A stretch of DNA of 59,683 bases, filler included, from 5 parts of 5 records of this genome joined end to end with filler, not necessarily neighbours in it; one strand, 5' to 3'. Positions 48,679-59,418 are shown, numbered from the whole stretch's first letter. The notes: generated by a model from the sequence alone, not told the origin. A program made the numbers and translations.

Positions 48679-50007
48679 ATGAATATTGACATGCTGAACC
48701 CGTCCACCCTGATCCGCAAAGCCGGCTATTTCAGCAGGCAACTTTCGGTGCGGGTGGTGATCATGGGGCTGCTTGCTGTGGTTGCTGTGGGGCTGAGTTC
48801 GGTGATCGAGCATTGGATCCCCGAGGAACTGGCCACGACGCTAACGGGTGCTGCGGCAGACCGGTTGCTGTCGATCATCGCCAACGCCATGCTGGCGGTC
48901 ACCACCTTTTCGCTCAGCGTCATGGTGTCAGTCTATCGCAGTACGTCCACCCAATGGACACCGCGCGTGCACCGATTGATCATTCAGGATCATACCACGC
49001 AAAACACACTGGCGGTGTTCATCGGTGCCTATGTCTATGCGTTGATCGCGATTATCATGCGTGAATTGGGCGTTTTCGACGACAAAAGCGCCTTTGTGCT
49101 ATTCATCACGACCGTCTTGGTTTTGGTGCTGATCGTGTTCTATCTGATCCGCTGGGTGCTGCATTTGCAAAGCTTTGGCAGCCTGATCGACACATCCCGT
49201 CAGGTCGAAGCCGAAACCAGCCAGATGTTTCGGGATCGGCTCGCGAACCCCTGCCTCGGGGCCAATCCGCTGGTCGATCCCATCCCTGACAGCGCCGAGG
49301 TTATTCGCGCGGCCGAGAGCGGTTATATCCAGCATATCTATCCCGAAGCGCTGGACGAGATCGCGAAAAATCACGGTGTTCACATCTATATGGTGCGCAA
49401 TATCGGAAGCTTTGTGTTCGTCAACGAACCCTTGGTTCAGATCGACCACGTGGGCGATGCCGTGGATGATGAACATAACGATGAAAGCCTGCGTCAGGGT
49501 ATCCAAAGGACCATTATTCTTGGCGATGTGCGCACCTTTGACCAAGACCCGCGTTTCGGCCTGATCGTGATGGGAGAGGTCGCCTCGAAAGCGCTGTCGC
49601 CAGGGGTGAATGATCCAGGCACGGCGATTGATGTGATCCACCGCATCGGCCGTATCCTGACGGATTACGAGGACGAGGTAGGCCGTGACCGCGATGAGGT
49701 TCTAGACAGCATTTTTGTCGAACCGATTGATCCGGCGGATTTGATACAGGACGCATTCGGTGCCTTGGCGCGCGATGGCGTGACCGTGGTCGAGGTGCAG
49801 CAATGCCTGCAATCCACCTTGGCCGGATTGATGCGCCACCCCGATGACGGGTTGCGCAAAGCCGCACGTGCCGCCGCAGAGCGGCATCTGTTTCGCGCTT
49901 TATCCAAGATTGATTTTGTCCCCGACCGCGATCAATTACTCAAAAGTGCGGCCAAAGACGTGCGCGAACACGTTACCGCCGAACTGGACACCGGGCAGAG
50001 CGACTAG
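48679..50007 (+). CDS. DUF2254 membrane protein (start uncertain)
   Basis: TTFSLS, QWTPR, QDPRFG, ALSPGVNDPGTA. Confidence 0.88.
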   Translation: MNIDMLNPSTLIRKAGYFSRQLSVRVVIMGLLAVVAVGLSSVIEHWIPEELATTLTGAAADRLLSIIANAMLAVTTFSLSVMVSVYRSTSTQWTPRVHRLIIQDHTTQNTLAVFIGAYVYALIAIIMRELGVFDDKSAFVLFITTVLVLVLIVFYLIRWVLHLQSFGSLIDTSRQVEAETSQMFRDRLANPCLGANPLVDPIPDSAEVIRAAESGYIQHIYPEALDEIAKNHGVHIYMVRNIGSFVFVNEPLVQIDHVGDAVDDEHNDESLRQGIQRTIILGDVRTFDQDPRFGLIVMGEVASKALSPGVNDPGTAIDVIHRIGRILTDYEDEVGRDRDEVLDSIFVEPIDPADLIQDAFGALARDGVTVVEVQQCLQSTLAGLMRHPDDGLRKAARAAAERHLFRALSKIDFVPDRDQLLKSAAKDVREHVTAELDTGQSD

Positions 50008-50142
50008 GCGACCGGCCAGCGATCGTTGGTCTGATCTTGGCACCTGTCTTGATGACGACGGGTTTTGTCGGTTTTGGGCAACCAAAGCCACGGCGCGCGG
50101 GTCACTCTGACTGGAACGGAACAGCAGAGTGGGATTTAGATC

Positions 50143-52563
50143 ATGCGCAGCCACGCATCGGCAGTTGTCATCGGGGGCGGCGTTATCGGCTGCTCGATCC
50201 TGTATCACCTGACCAAACTGGGCTGGACCGATGTCGTCTTGCTTGAACGGTCAGAGCTGACATCGGGCAGCACATGGCATGCCGCGGCGAATATTCACGG
50301 GCTGCACGACAACAACAACATCACCCGCATCCAGAATTACACGATGGATCTGTATAATGCGCTTGAGGCCGAGACCGGTCAGTCCTGCGGCGTCTTTCAA
50401 CCCGGTAGCCTGTATCTGGCCCAGACCGAGGCCCGTGAACATCAACTGCGGTTGCAAGCGGCCAAGGCGAAATACTATGGCCTGAATTTCTACGAAGTCA
50501 CCCGCGACGAGGCCGAACGCCTGCATCCGCTGGTCAATTTCGATGGCATCCGCTGCATCATGTTCGAAGCGTCAGGTGGCAATGTGGACCCGTCCGGCGT
50601 GACCAATGCCTATGCCACGGGCGCGCGGCAAAACGGGGCTGAAATCATCCGCTTTTGCCCCGTCATAGGGACCGAACAACAGCCGGACGGCACTTGGATT
50701 GTCCGCACGGAACAGGGCGATATCGCAACGCAATGGATCGTGAACGCTGCAGGGCTATGGGGCCGCGAAGTGGCTGCGATGGCGGGGCTGACCCTGCCGC
50801 TGCAACCGACCGAGCACCAGTATTTCGTGACCGAAACCATCCCCGAGATCGCCGGCCTTGATCGCCGTTTGCCATCGGTTGCCGACCGCGACGGCGAATA
50901 TTACCTGCGCCAAGAGGGCAAAGGCTTGCTGGTCGGTGCCTATGAGAAAGACCTGCGGTTCTGGGCAGAAGATGGCACACCGCTTGGGTTTGGCCACGAA
51001 CTGTTCCCGGATGATCTGGAACGGATCGAACCAAATATGATGCGCGCCATCGACCGCGTACCTGCCGTCGGCACCGCCGGGATCAAGCGCGTGATCAACG
51101 GGCCGATGATCTGGTCGCCCGATGCGAATGTGCTGTTTGGCCCCGTGCCGGAATTGCGCAACTATTTCTGTTGCAACGGGATCATTCCGGGGTTTTCGCA
51201 ATCCGGTGGCATGGGGTTGCTCGCGGCAGACTGGATCGTCACGGGCGAGCCACGCTATGACATGTTTGCGTGGGATGTGGCGCGGTTTGGCGATTGGGCA
51301 GATGCCGCATTCACCAAGGCGCGGGTGGGCGATCAATACGCCACCCGCTTCAAGATCCATTTCCCGAACGAGGAACGCGCGGCCGGTCGTCCGGTGCGCA
51401 CGCGCCCGGTTTACGAGCTGCAGAAACAGATGGGTGCCGTGTTCGGGCTGAACTATGGTTGGGAACATCCCTTGTGGTTCGCAGACACCCCCGGCACCGA
51501 AGACACCGACGGGTTCACGCGGCAGAACTGGTGGGGGCCTGTAGGCGACGAATGCCGGATGCTGCGCGATAAGGCCGGTATCATCGACATCTCGAACTTC
51601 GCCAAATACCGCTGTGCGGGGCCCGGTGCAGAAAGCTGGCTGAACAGCGTCTTTGCCAACACCATGCCCAAGATTGTCGGGCGGTCCTGCCTGACGCCGC
51701 TGATCGGGGTGCGCGGCGGGATTGCCGGCGATTTCACCGTCACGCGTCTGGCCGAGGATGAATTCTGGATCATCGGGTCGGGCATGGCCGAACGCTATCA
51801 CCAGCGGTTCTTTAACGCGGTGCCGCTGCCCGACGGTACAGTGTTCGAGAGCAAAATCGTTGATATGTGCGGGTTCAATGTGGCGGGTCCCAAATCGCGC
51901 GAGATGTTGCAACGGCTGACGAAGGCGTCGCTTGAAACGGCTGATTTCCCCTTCATGCGGTCGCAATGGATGGATGTTGAAGGCGTTCGTGTGTTGGTGC
52001 TGCGTGTGTCATTCACAGGCGATCTGGGCTGGGAACTGCATTGTGATGCCGCCGATCAACTGGCGCTGTATCAGGCGTTGATCGAGGCCGGGCGAGATGT
52101 TGGTGCAGGCCCGGTCGGGTCGCGTGCGCTGATGTCGCTGCGGATCGAAAAGGGCTATGGATCGTGGGGTCGTGAATACAGCCCCGAATACTGGCCCCAA
52201 GAGGTTGGTCTGGATCGGTTGTGCAAGTTGGACAAAGAGTTTTTGAACAAATCTGCGCTGCTGGAGGTGCTGCAAAAGCCCGCCCGCGAACGGTTGGTGG
52301 TCCTGGCACTGGATGCTGATGCAACCGATGCGTCACAGGCCGATGCAACGGGTGGGGAGCCGGTATTCAAGGATGGTGTGGGGGTCGGGCGTGTGACGTC
52401 GGGGGCCTATGGCTATTGCGTCGGGCAATCGCTGGCGCTTGGGTTTGTGAAAAACGTGAAGGCGGGCGAGCGGGTCGATGTGATGGTACTGGGCGTGCCC
52501 CATGGCGCGGTCGTGTTGGACCAAGCGCAGTTTGATCCTGACGGGGCCCGTTTGCGCGGTTAA
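50143..52563 (+). CDS. GcvT-family FAD oxidoreductase (dimethylglycine dehydrogenase-like)
   Basis: IGGGVIG, LTSGSTWHAA, SFTGDLGWE, SLRIEKGY. Confidence 0.93.
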   Translation: MRSHASAVVIGGGVIGCSILYHLTKLGWTDVVLLERSELTSGSTWHAAANIHGLHDNNNITRIQNYTMDLYNALEAETGQSCGVFQPGSLYLAQTEAREHQLRLQAAKAKYYGLNFYEVTRDEAERLHPLVNFDGIRCIMFEASGGNVDPSGVTNAYATGARQNGAEIIRFCPVIGTEQQPDGTWIVRTEQGDIATQWIVNAAGLWGREVAAMAGLTLPLQPTEHQYFVTETIPEIAGLDRRLPSVADRDGEYYLRQEGKGLLVGAYEKDLRFWAEDGTPLGFGHELFPDDLERIEPNMMRAIDRVPAVGTAGIKRVINGPMIWSPDANVLFGPVPELRNYFCCNGIIPGFSQSGGMGLLAADWIVTGEPRYDMFAWDVARFGDWADAAFTKARVGDQYATRFKIHFPNEERAAGRPVRTRPVYELQKQMGAVFGLNYGWEHPLWFADTPGTEDTDGFTRQNWWGPVGDECRMLRDKAGIIDISNFAKYRCAGPGAESWLNSVFANTMPKIVGRSCLTPLIGVRGGIAGDFTVTRLAEDEFWIIGSGMAERYHQRFFNAVPLPDGTVFESKIVDMCGFNVAGPKSREMLQRLTKASLETADFPFMRSQWMDVEGVRVLVLRVSFTGDLGWELHCDAADQLALYQALIEAGRDVGAGPVGSRALMSLRIEKGYGSWGREYSPEYWPQEVGLDRLCKLDKEFLNKSALLEVLQKPARERLVVLALDADATDASQADATGGEPVFKDGVGVGRVTSGAYGYCVGQSLALGFVKNVKAGERVDVMVLGVPHGAVVLDQAQFDPDGARLRG

Positions 52564-52578
52564 CGCGCCAGTACTCAT

Positions 52579-52604
52579 AGGGCTGGCGACGGGTAAACCC
52601 GTCG
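52579..52604. terminator. Stem-loop between convergent genes
   Basis: CTGGCGACGGG-taaa-CCCGTCGCCAG, perfect 11-bp stem. Confidence 0.7.
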
Positions 52605-52661
52605 CCAGATTGAGGGCAAGCCCCCAAGACCCCCGGGATACTTTTAAGCCAGAGAAGAGGC

Positions 52662-53969
52662 TTAAAGCGGGCGGATTTTGAATTGGGTGATGCGGTTGCC
52701 GTCGCGGGCTGTGACCTCGAAGCGGAAGCCGTGGAACACAAAGACCTGACCGGGGGTCGGGATCATTTGTGCCTCGTGGATCACCAGACCGGCGACTGTG
52801 TTGGCCTCGTCATCGGGCAGGTTCCAATCGGTCGCGCGGTTGATGTCGCGGATGGTCATGGCACCATCGACGAAATACTGGCCGTCTTCGGCTTTGGTCA
52901 CGCCCATGTCGGCCTCGGCGTCGAATTCATCGGTGATCTCGCCAACGATTTCTTCGAGAATGTCTTCAAGGGTGATAAGCCCCTGCAGGGAGCCATATTC
53001 ATCCACCACCAACGCAAAATGGGTGCGGCGGCGCAGGAACTGGCGCATCTGTTCGTCCAGGGTAGAGGTTTCGGGTACGAAATAAGGCTTCATCGCCACG
53101 TCCGCGATGTTGAAATCCTTGAACGGTTCGGCATCGTCTTGAGCGTCGGTGATACGCTTGTACATGGCGCGCAGCAGGTCTTTGGCGTGGATGACGCCCA
53201 CGATGTTTTCAGGATCATCGCGGTAGACGGGCAAGCGGGTGTGATTGGATTCCAGGCACTGCTCGAGAATCTTTTCCGGTTCGAGGCGCGCATCGATCAT
53301 TTCGATGCCCGAGCGGTGGAGCATGACCTCTTCTACGACGCGTTCACGCAGGTCCAATGCACCCAGAATACGGTCGCGGTCTTCTTTTTCGACGACACCT
53401 TCGGAATGGCCAAGTTGCAAGGCACCGGCGATTTCCTCGCGGACGGCTAGGATGTTGCTGTCGGGGTCGATTGTGACGCCGAACAGGCGCAGCATTCCTC
53501 GTACCAGAAAGCGGACCGCGCTGACCATCGGGCTAAAGATCAAAACCACAATCGAGATCGGCCGCGATACCAGGCCAGCGGCCCGTTCGGCGTTGGTGAT
53601 CGCATAGGTTTTCGGCAGCACCTCGGCAAAGATCAGAACCAGAAGGGTCATCACCAATGTCGCCAATGCCACTCCGGATTCGCCAAACAACCGCGTGAAA
53701 AGCGCCGTCGCGAGCGAGGCTGCAAGAATGTTCACGAGATTGTTGCCCAGCAGGACAGAGCCGATCAGCCGTTCGTTGTCTTCGGTGATCACAAGCGCAC
53801 GCTGCGCGCCCTTTGATCCCTTGTCAGCTTGGGCACGCAGCTTGCCGCGCGACGCCGCAGTCAGGGCCGTTTCAGAACCAGAGAAGAACCCCGAGAGGAT
53901 CAGAAGAAACAGAATGATACCGATGCTGATCCAGAAAGCGCTGTCGAGCATTGCGGGGGCCGTGTCCAT
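52662..53969 (-). CDS. HlyC/CorC (CNNM + CBS + CorC) family transporter
   Basis: SGFFSGSETA, GNNLVNI, AEVLPK, VVDEYG, TLEDILEEIVGEI. Confidence 0.95.
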   Translation of the reverse strand: MDTAPAMLDSAFWISIGIILFLLILSGFFSGSETALTAASRGKLRAQADKGSKGAQRALVITEDNERLIGSVLLGNNLVNILAASLATALFTRLFGESGVALATLVMTLLVLIFAEVLPKTYAITNAERAAGLVSRPISIVVLIFSPMVSAVRFLVRGMLRLFGVTIDPDSNILAVREEIAGALQLGHSEGVVEKEDRDRILGALDLRERVVEEVMLHRSGIEMIDARLEPEKILEQCLESNHTRLPVYRDDPENIVGVIHAKDLLRAMYKRITDAQDDAEPFKDFNIADVAMKPYFVPETSTLDEQMRQFLRRRTHFALVVDEYGSLQGLITLEDILEEIVGEITDEFDAEADMGVTKAEDGQYFVDGAMTIRDINRATDWNLPDDEANTVAGLVIHEAQMIPTPGQVFVFHGFRFEVTARDGNRITQFKIRPL

Positions 53970-54041
53970 TTGCGAATATACCTTTTGCGGTTGATGATAC
54001 GTTATGGGCGCGCAGGCGGTTTCATTCAAGGGAAGAGCATT

Positions 54042-54860
54042 GTGAAGCATCAAGATTTAGGCACGTTTTCGGCGCCTGTTCTGCTGTTTGGCGGTCCATA
54101 TTCAAACTTTCATGCGTTTGAGGCACTGGCTGGCGCGGCGCAGTGCCTGGGCATCCCTGCGGGCCGGATGATCTGTACCGGTGATGTGGTGGCCTATTGT
54201 GGTGATCCCTCAGCCACCAGTGATGCGGTCCGGCAGGCAGGCGTCGCCTTGGTGGCCGGAAATTGCGAGAAACAGCTGGCGGCGAATGCGCTGGATTGTG
54301 GCTGCGGGTTTGATGCGGGCACCACCTGTGATCTGCTGTCGGCTGGCTGGTACAATGTGGCCAACGAACAGGTCAGCCAAAGACAGCGCGAATGGATGGG
54401 GGAAGCGCCCGATATCATCAGCTTTACGCACGACGGCCAGCGTTTCGGTGTGATCCATGGGGGCGCCACAGATATTGCGCGGTTCATCTGGCCGACCTCT
54501 GGGCCCCATGTTTTCGAGGAAGAATGGGAGGCCGTCGAGGCCGCGATTGGGCCGGTGGACGGAATCATTGCAGGCCATAGCGGGATACCGTTTGCCCGCG
54601 ACTGCGCCAAGGGGCCGTGGATCAACGCGGGCGTGATCGGGATGCCGCCCCATGACGGCGGACAACAGACGCGGTTTGCAGTGCTTGATCAGGGGCAGGT
54701 GACGTTTCACACGCTGGACTATGACGTGGCCGGGGCCGTTCACGCGATGGAGCAGGCGGGCCTGACCCAAGGCTATCATACCGCCTTGCGCAGCGGCTAT
54801 TGGCCGTCCGAGGATGTATTGCCGCCGGATTTGCGGCGATCGGCCTTGGCCAGCGGGTGA
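54042..54860 (+). CDS. Calcineurin-like metallophosphoesterase with Cys-rich insert
   Basis: GGPYSN, TGDVVAY, GNCE, CGCG, HGG, GHSG, NAGVIG. Confidence 0.85.
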   Translation: MKHQDLGTFSAPVLLFGGPYSNFHAFEALAGAAQCLGIPAGRMICTGDVVAYCGDPSATSDAVRQAGVALVAGNCEKQLAANALDCGCGFDAGTTCDLLSAGWYNVANEQVSQRQREWMGEAPDIISFTHDGQRFGVIHGGATDIARFIWPTSGPHVFEEEWEAVEAAIGPVDGIIAGHSGIPFARDCAKGPWINAGVIGMPPHDGGQQTRFAVLDQGQVTFHTLDYDVAGAVHAMEQAGLTQGYHTALRSGYWPSEDVLPPDLRRSALASG

Positions 54861-55771
54861 TTTTCCAACACCAGTTCGGACAGGCGCGCCTCAAGGACAT
54901 GGGTGTAAATCTCGGTCGTGGCGACATCGGCATGGCCCAGCATCGTCTGGATCGACCGCAGATCGGCACCATTGGCCAAAAGATGCGTCGCAAAGGCATG
55001 GCGCAGGGTGTGCGGTGTCACCTTGGACGGATCAACACCAGCCGCGACCGAAAATTCCTTGATCATCAGATAAAACCGGTGCCGTGTCAGATAGCCGGAC
55101 ACCCCGCGCGAGGGGAATAAAAACCGCGAGGCAGGTTGCTTTTTCTCGTGGGCGGCAGCGTCGATTTTATCACGCTCGACCAGCCATTCGGCCAATGCCT
55201 GACGGGCAGGTGGCGATAGCGGAACCAGCCGTTCCTTGCCACCTTTGCCCATGATCAACAACAGGCGTGGATCGCCACGGGTCGCACTTATCGGCAGGCT
55301 GACCAGCTCGCTTACCCGCATGCCAGTGGCGTATAACAGCTCCATCAGGCAGGTATTGCGCAGTTGATCCTGCACGTTGCGGCCAGAGTTTCGGGCCGCG
55401 TCAAGCAGGCGGTCAACTTCGTCTTCGGTCAACACTTTGGGCAGTCGTTTTTCCTGACCGGGGCCGGTGATCTGGATCGCCGGATTGTCCGTGCGCAGCC
55501 CTTCCTCGAATGCAAAGCGGTAGATCTGTTTGACTGCCGACAACCTGCGTGCACGGGTCGATTTGGCAAGCCCCTGCGCGTCGCACCACACCAGATAATT
55601 TTCGACATCCGTGCGGGTGGCAGTGCTGAAATCAAGGTTTCGGCGGGCTAAAAAACTGTCAAAATCCTTGAGGTCGCGGCCATAGGCCAACAATGTGTTC
55701 GTCGCGGCACCCAGTTCGGCGGCTTGGGCCTCGAGAAAGGTGGAAATCCAATGGAATGTCGCGCTCTGCAT
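54797..55771 (-). CDS. xerD: Site-specific tyrosine recombinase XerD
   Basis: LYATGMRVSEL, GKGGKER, PHTLRHAFATHLL, LGHADVATTEIYTHV. Typical aroK/aroB neighbourhood. Confidence 0.92.
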   Translation of the reverse strand: MQSATFHWISTFLEAQAAELGAATNTLLAYGRDLKDFDSFLARRNLDFSTATRTDVENYLVWCDAQGLAKSTRARRLSAVKQIYRFAFEEGLRTDNPAIQITGPGQEKRLPKVLTEDEVDRLLDAARNSGRNVQDQLRNTCLMELLYATGMRVSELVSLPISATRGDPRLLLIMGKGGKERLVPLSPPARQALAEWLVERDKIDAAAHEKKQPASRFLFPSRGVSGYLTRHRFYLMIKEFSVAAGVDPSKVTPHTLRHAFATHLLANGADLRSIQTMLGHADVATTEIYTHVLEARLSELVLENHPLAKADRRKSGGNTSSDGQ

Positions 55772-57324
55772 CAGCTGCGCTCCAGCAGCAGTACTTGCAG
55801 CGCCGCGCGCCTTGCGATGTCTTCCAGACCCAAGGCACGCAGGGTCGACAGCGCATCTCGCAAGGCTGCTGTATCGCCGTTTGCACCTTCTTCAAGCAGC
55901 GCGATGCTGGCCAGGATCGACATGCCCAGTTTTCCGTTTTGGGCACCCGTGATCAAATTCGCCCGCGGTGATGGCGATGTAAAGGCGCTGGCGATGGCAT
56001 CGGCCTGACGCATATCCGGGACGGATTTTGGCGCGACACCCATCGCGATGGCGGCCAGAAAGGCACGCTCCGGGGTCGGGTTATCGACCGCGGCGACCGT
56101 TTCATAAATCGGCGACAATAGTGAAATCCGGTCACGCAAATTCGCGGCGACACCCTCAAGCGGGATGGCTTGTAACGCGTCTGCAAATATTGCGGCGAAA
56201 CTTACTTCAAGCTCGGCCTCTTGCATGGCGTGCCACGCGGGGCGCAAGGTTTTGGTAACGGCCTCGGCGCTGCCTGTGCTTAGGGCTGTGTCAAACCGTT
56301 GCAGCGCCTCGACGCGGTCCCAGATGCCACCGGATGCGGCGGGTTCACGGTCTGAATATATCCCCAAAAACCGGTTGTCGGGCAGGGCACCGAGACGGGT
56401 CAGCCGCTCTGCCGCCTCTAGCTGCGCCTTCCATCCTGCGACATCGCGCAGGTCAACCACGGAAAACGCCGGTGGCAAGGATCGTGTCTGGGGTCGCTCG
56501 CCGATGGCTTCGAATAGGCGGAACCCCATGGCGTCCATCACGCGGGGAGTCGGCAGGCGGGCCTCGCCTTCGAACAGGTCAGGGTTCAAAAAACGGTCCA
56601 GCAGGGCAAGCCGTTCGGGGGGCAGCAGTTCCAACGCCTGCGCCGACCCAAGGGTCAATGCCGCGGTGTCCCAATTGCCCGCCCGCGCCGCACAGAAAAT
56701 GCGTACGCTATAGTCGCTGGTCAGGTACGGCTTTTGGGTCAACAATCCGCAGGCGCGATCCTCGGTGCCGACCAACAGGCTGACCTGCATCCACAAGGCA
56801 AAATGATCCGGCGATGTGGCGACCCCGGCCTGTTCAATCAACGACAACGCAGGGTCGACGGCACCATTGTCAATCAAGGCTTTCACACGGGCAAGAGCCA
56901 GCGCGTCACCCTCGGCTGCGCGGCCTTCGGGGGCCGTCGCTTCGGCCAGCAACAGCCGGTAGAATAGCGCCCGCGCCGCTGGCAAATGCAGATCGGGCAT
57001 ATGGTCAAGCCGGTCGGTAATCTCGTTGACGGTGCTGCCCGCCCATAAATCCTGCGGCAAACCGGTCACATCGGCTGGCACAAGGCCAATCGCGCGCGGG
57101 CTGCCTTCGCCCAAGGCGGTCACAGTCACCGCTGGCGGCAACGCCGATCGGGACACGGGTGCCTCGGCCGGGGCTAGGGGGCGTTTGGGCGCGCGCGGAT
57201 CGGTTTTCGGTTGCTCGCCCAGCCAGTCGATCACCGACAAGGGCCCAGTATCGGCTGACGGTGCCTGCGCCATGGTAACGGCGGGCCAGCATAATAGGCA
57301 AAACATCAAAATTTGCCGCGTCAT
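55771..57324 (-). CDS. Exported hypothetical protein
   Basis: Signal peptide, long helical ORF coupled to xerD. Confidence 0.75.
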   Translation of the reverse strand: MTRQILMFCLLCWPAVTMAQAPSADTGPLSVIDWLGEQPKTDPRAPKRPLAPAEAPVSRSALPPAVTVTALGEGSPRAIGLVPADVTGLPQDLWAGSTVNEITDRLDHMPDLHLPAARALFYRLLLAEATAPEGRAAEGDALALARVKALIDNGAVDPALSLIEQAGVATSPDHFALWMQVSLLVGTEDRACGLLTQKPYLTSDYSVRIFCAARAGNWDTAALTLGSAQALELLPPERLALLDRFLNPDLFEGEARLPTPRVMDAMGFRLFEAIGERPQTRSLPPAFSVVDLRDVAGWKAQLEAAERLTRLGALPDNRFLGIYSDREPAASGGIWDRVEALQRFDTALSTGSAEAVTKTLRPAWHAMQEAELEVSFAAIFADALQAIPLEGVAANLRDRISLLSPIYETVAAVDNPTPERAFLAAIAMGVAPKSVPDMRQADAIASAFTSPSPRANLITGAQNGKLGMSILASIALLEEGANGDTAALRDALSTLRALGLEDIARRAALQVLLLERS

Positions 57325-57329
57325 TGGTG

Positions 57330-57479
57330 TCACTGCGCTGGCAATTGCACAGCTTCGCGGACTTCGACCTGATCCGGTGCAAAGTCGGCACCGAAAAACG
57401 GCCCAAGGTATGCATAAACTGCAAGGCTTAAGAATCCAAAAAGAACAATAAAAATCAAAAACTTAATAAGTTTGCCCAT
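57330..57479 (-). CDS. Small membrane-anchored hypothetical protein
   Basis: MGKLIKFL, TM helix, YAYLGPFFGADFAP. Confidence 0.65.
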   Translation of the reverse strand: MGKLIKFLIFIVLFGFLSLAVYAYLGPFFGADFAPDQVEVREAVQLPAQ

Positions 57480-57558
57480 AAATACCGCCTGCTTTCTTTC
57501 GAACATTTTGGACAAGTATATATGGCCTTTTCGCTAAGATCACGTCATTCAAAGACAA

Positions 57559-58155
57559 ATGAATGAATTTGAGCAAACCCCAGCCGATCTGGCCCCAAAA
57601 CTGCCCCGGTACCACCTGAAAAAATCGGTCGTATTGGTCGGGATGATGGGGGCTGGAAAAACCGCTGTGGGGCGCGCGCTGGCGGTCAAGCTGGGCGTGC
57701 CATTCTTAGACAGCGATCACGAGATCGAGACCGCCGCCAACCTGACGGTGCCCGAAATATTCGAACGTGACGGCGAGCCGTTTTTCCGCAAGCGCGAAGC
57801 CGAGGTCATTGCCCGGCTACTGGACGAAGAGCCCGGCATCCTGTCGACCGGCGGGGGCGCGTTTCTGGCGGCGGCCAACCGTGATATTATTTCAGCCAAA
57901 GGGGTTTCCGTGTGGCTGGAGGCCGATATCGACCTGATCTGGAACCGCGTAAGACATAGAAATTCGCGGCCCTTGCTGCACACCAGTAACCCGCGCAAAA
58001 CCCTGGAAGAGCTGTTCCACGTGCGGGTTCCAATCTATAAACTTGCCAATCTTTCAACGACTTCCAAGCCGAACCTGTCGATTGATAAGATGGCGAACCG
58101 GGTGATCGAGACATTGTTGTCGCGCCCTGACGTACTTGAGAGAACCGATGCGTAA
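57559..58155 (+). CDS. aroK: Shikimate kinase
   Basis: GMMGAGKT, DSD, GEPFFR, STGGG, RPLL. Confidence 0.96.
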   Translation: MNEFEQTPADLAPKLPRYHLKKSVVLVGMMGAGKTAVGRALAVKLGVPFLDSDHEIETAANLTVPEIFERDGEPFFRKREAEVIARLLDEEPGILSTGGGAFLAAANRDIISAKGVSVWLEADIDLIWNRVRHRNSRPLLHTSNPRKTLEELFHVRVPIYKLANLSTTSKPNLSIDKMANRVIETLLSRPDVLERTDA

Positions 58156-59260
58156 AACTGTACATGTGGGCCTGCCGGGCCGTGAATATGATATCCAGAT
58201 CGGGCCGGGACTTTTGGCCGAGGCGGGCAAATATATTGCGCCGTTTCTGCCGCGCCCACGGGTTGTGGTGATCAGCGACGAAACGGTTGCTGCGTTGCAT
58301 CTGGACAGTCTGCGTGCCGGATTGGCCGCAGATGGCATCACGCTAGAATCCCTTAGCCTACCGCCCGGTGAGGGCACAAAATGCTGGGCGCAACTGACCC
58401 ATTGCGTGGATTGGTTGCTGGGCCAAAAGGTCGAACGTAATGACGTTGTGGTCGCTTTGGGCGGTGGTGTTATCGGCGATCTGGTGGGCTTTGCCGCCGC
58501 GATTTTGCGCCGCGGCGTTCGTTTTGTGCAAATACCGACATCGCTGCTGGCGCAGGTCGACAGTTCGGTTGGCGGCAAAACCGGGATCAACACCGCGCAG
58601 GGCAAGAACCTTGTGGGCGCATTTCACCAACCCACGTTGGTTTTGGCCGATACCGATACGCTTGGCACGCTTGAGCCCCGCGATTTCTTGGCGGGTTATG
58701 GCGAGGTCGTGAAATACGGAATGCTGGGCGACGCGGCGTTCTTTGACTGGCTTGAAATTCAAGGTCCGGCACTGGCAGCTGGCGATATGGCCGCGCGGAT
58801 CGAGGCTGTGCGCCGGTCGGTTCAGATGAAGGCCGATATCGTGATGCGTGACGAGACAGAGCAGGGCGAACGTGCGCTGCTGAACCTTGGTCACACCTTC
58901 GGCCATGCGTTAGAGGCCGCAACGCAATATTCCAGCCGCTTGTTGCACGGTGAGGGTGTTGCCATCGGTTGCGCCTTGGCGTTCGAGCTGTCCGCGCGTC
59001 TGGGGCTGTGTTCACAAGAGGACCCAAGCCGGGTGCGGGCACATCTGAAAACGATGGGGATGAAGACCGACCTGCGCGACATCGAGGGCGATTTACCTGA
59101 TGCCAACGCGCTGTTGGATCTGATGGGCCAGGACAAAAAGGTCGTGCGCGGCGAACTGCGCTTTATTCTTGCGCGCAGCATTGGCGACGCATTCGTGACC
59201 GGGGATGTGCCCCGCGAAACGGTCCGGCAAGTGCTGGCCGATGCGCTGGCCCAACGGTAA
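58148..59260 (+). CDS. aroB: 3-dehydroquinate synthase
   Basis: GGGVIGD, PTSLLAQVDSSVGGKT, LNLGHTFGHA, HGE. Confidence 0.97.
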   Translation: MRKTVHVGLPGREYDIQIGPGLLAEAGKYIAPFLPRPRVVVISDETVAALHLDSLRAGLAADGITLESLSLPPGEGTKCWAQLTHCVDWLLGQKVERNDVVVALGGGVIGDLVGFAAAILRRGVRFVQIPTSLLAQVDSSVGGKTGINTAQGKNLVGAFHQPTLVLADTDTLGTLEPRDFLAGYGEVVKYGMLGDAAFFDWLEIQGPALAAGDMAARIEAVRRSVQMKADIVMRDETEQGERALLNLGHTFGHALEAATQYSSRLLHGEGVAIGCALAFELSARLGLCSQEDPSRVRAHLKTMGMKTDLRDIEGDLPDANALLDLMGQDKKVVRGELRFILARSIGDAFVTGDVPRETVRQVLADALAQR

Positions 59261-59309
59261 GCGGTTGGCGGGTCGTCGGCCTGCGATCAATCGATAACAT
59301 TATAAAAGA

Positions 59310-59339
59310 AAGCGCCGTCATGACGAGATGACGGCGCTT
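59310..59339. terminator. Stem-loop terminator between convergent aroB and ssb
   Basis: AAGCGCCGTCAT-gacgag-ATGACGGCGCTT with an A-rich left flank. Confidence 0.75.
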
Positions 59340-59418
59340 AAATGTGTGTAATATCGTCTATGCTAGAGTGCCCTCTGCGACGTCAGACATTCTGAACCGC
59401 CGCAGAAAAGCGCGTTGA

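Noticed and set aside
46109-52563. Two GcvT/DMGDH paralogues near each other
   Set aside because: Multiple paralogues are routine in Roseobacter-group genomes.
54797-55771. Tyrosine recombinase as integron integrase or ICE integrase
   Set aside because: It lies on a different contig, has canonical XerD motifs and housekeeping context, and shows no IntI-specific insertion.
18375-59042. Numerous long antisense or overlapping ORFs in GC-rich contigs (for example 18375-19253, 47318-48331, 50755-51966, 52683-53450)
   Set aside because: Shadow frames of well-supported genes, with no motifs of their own.
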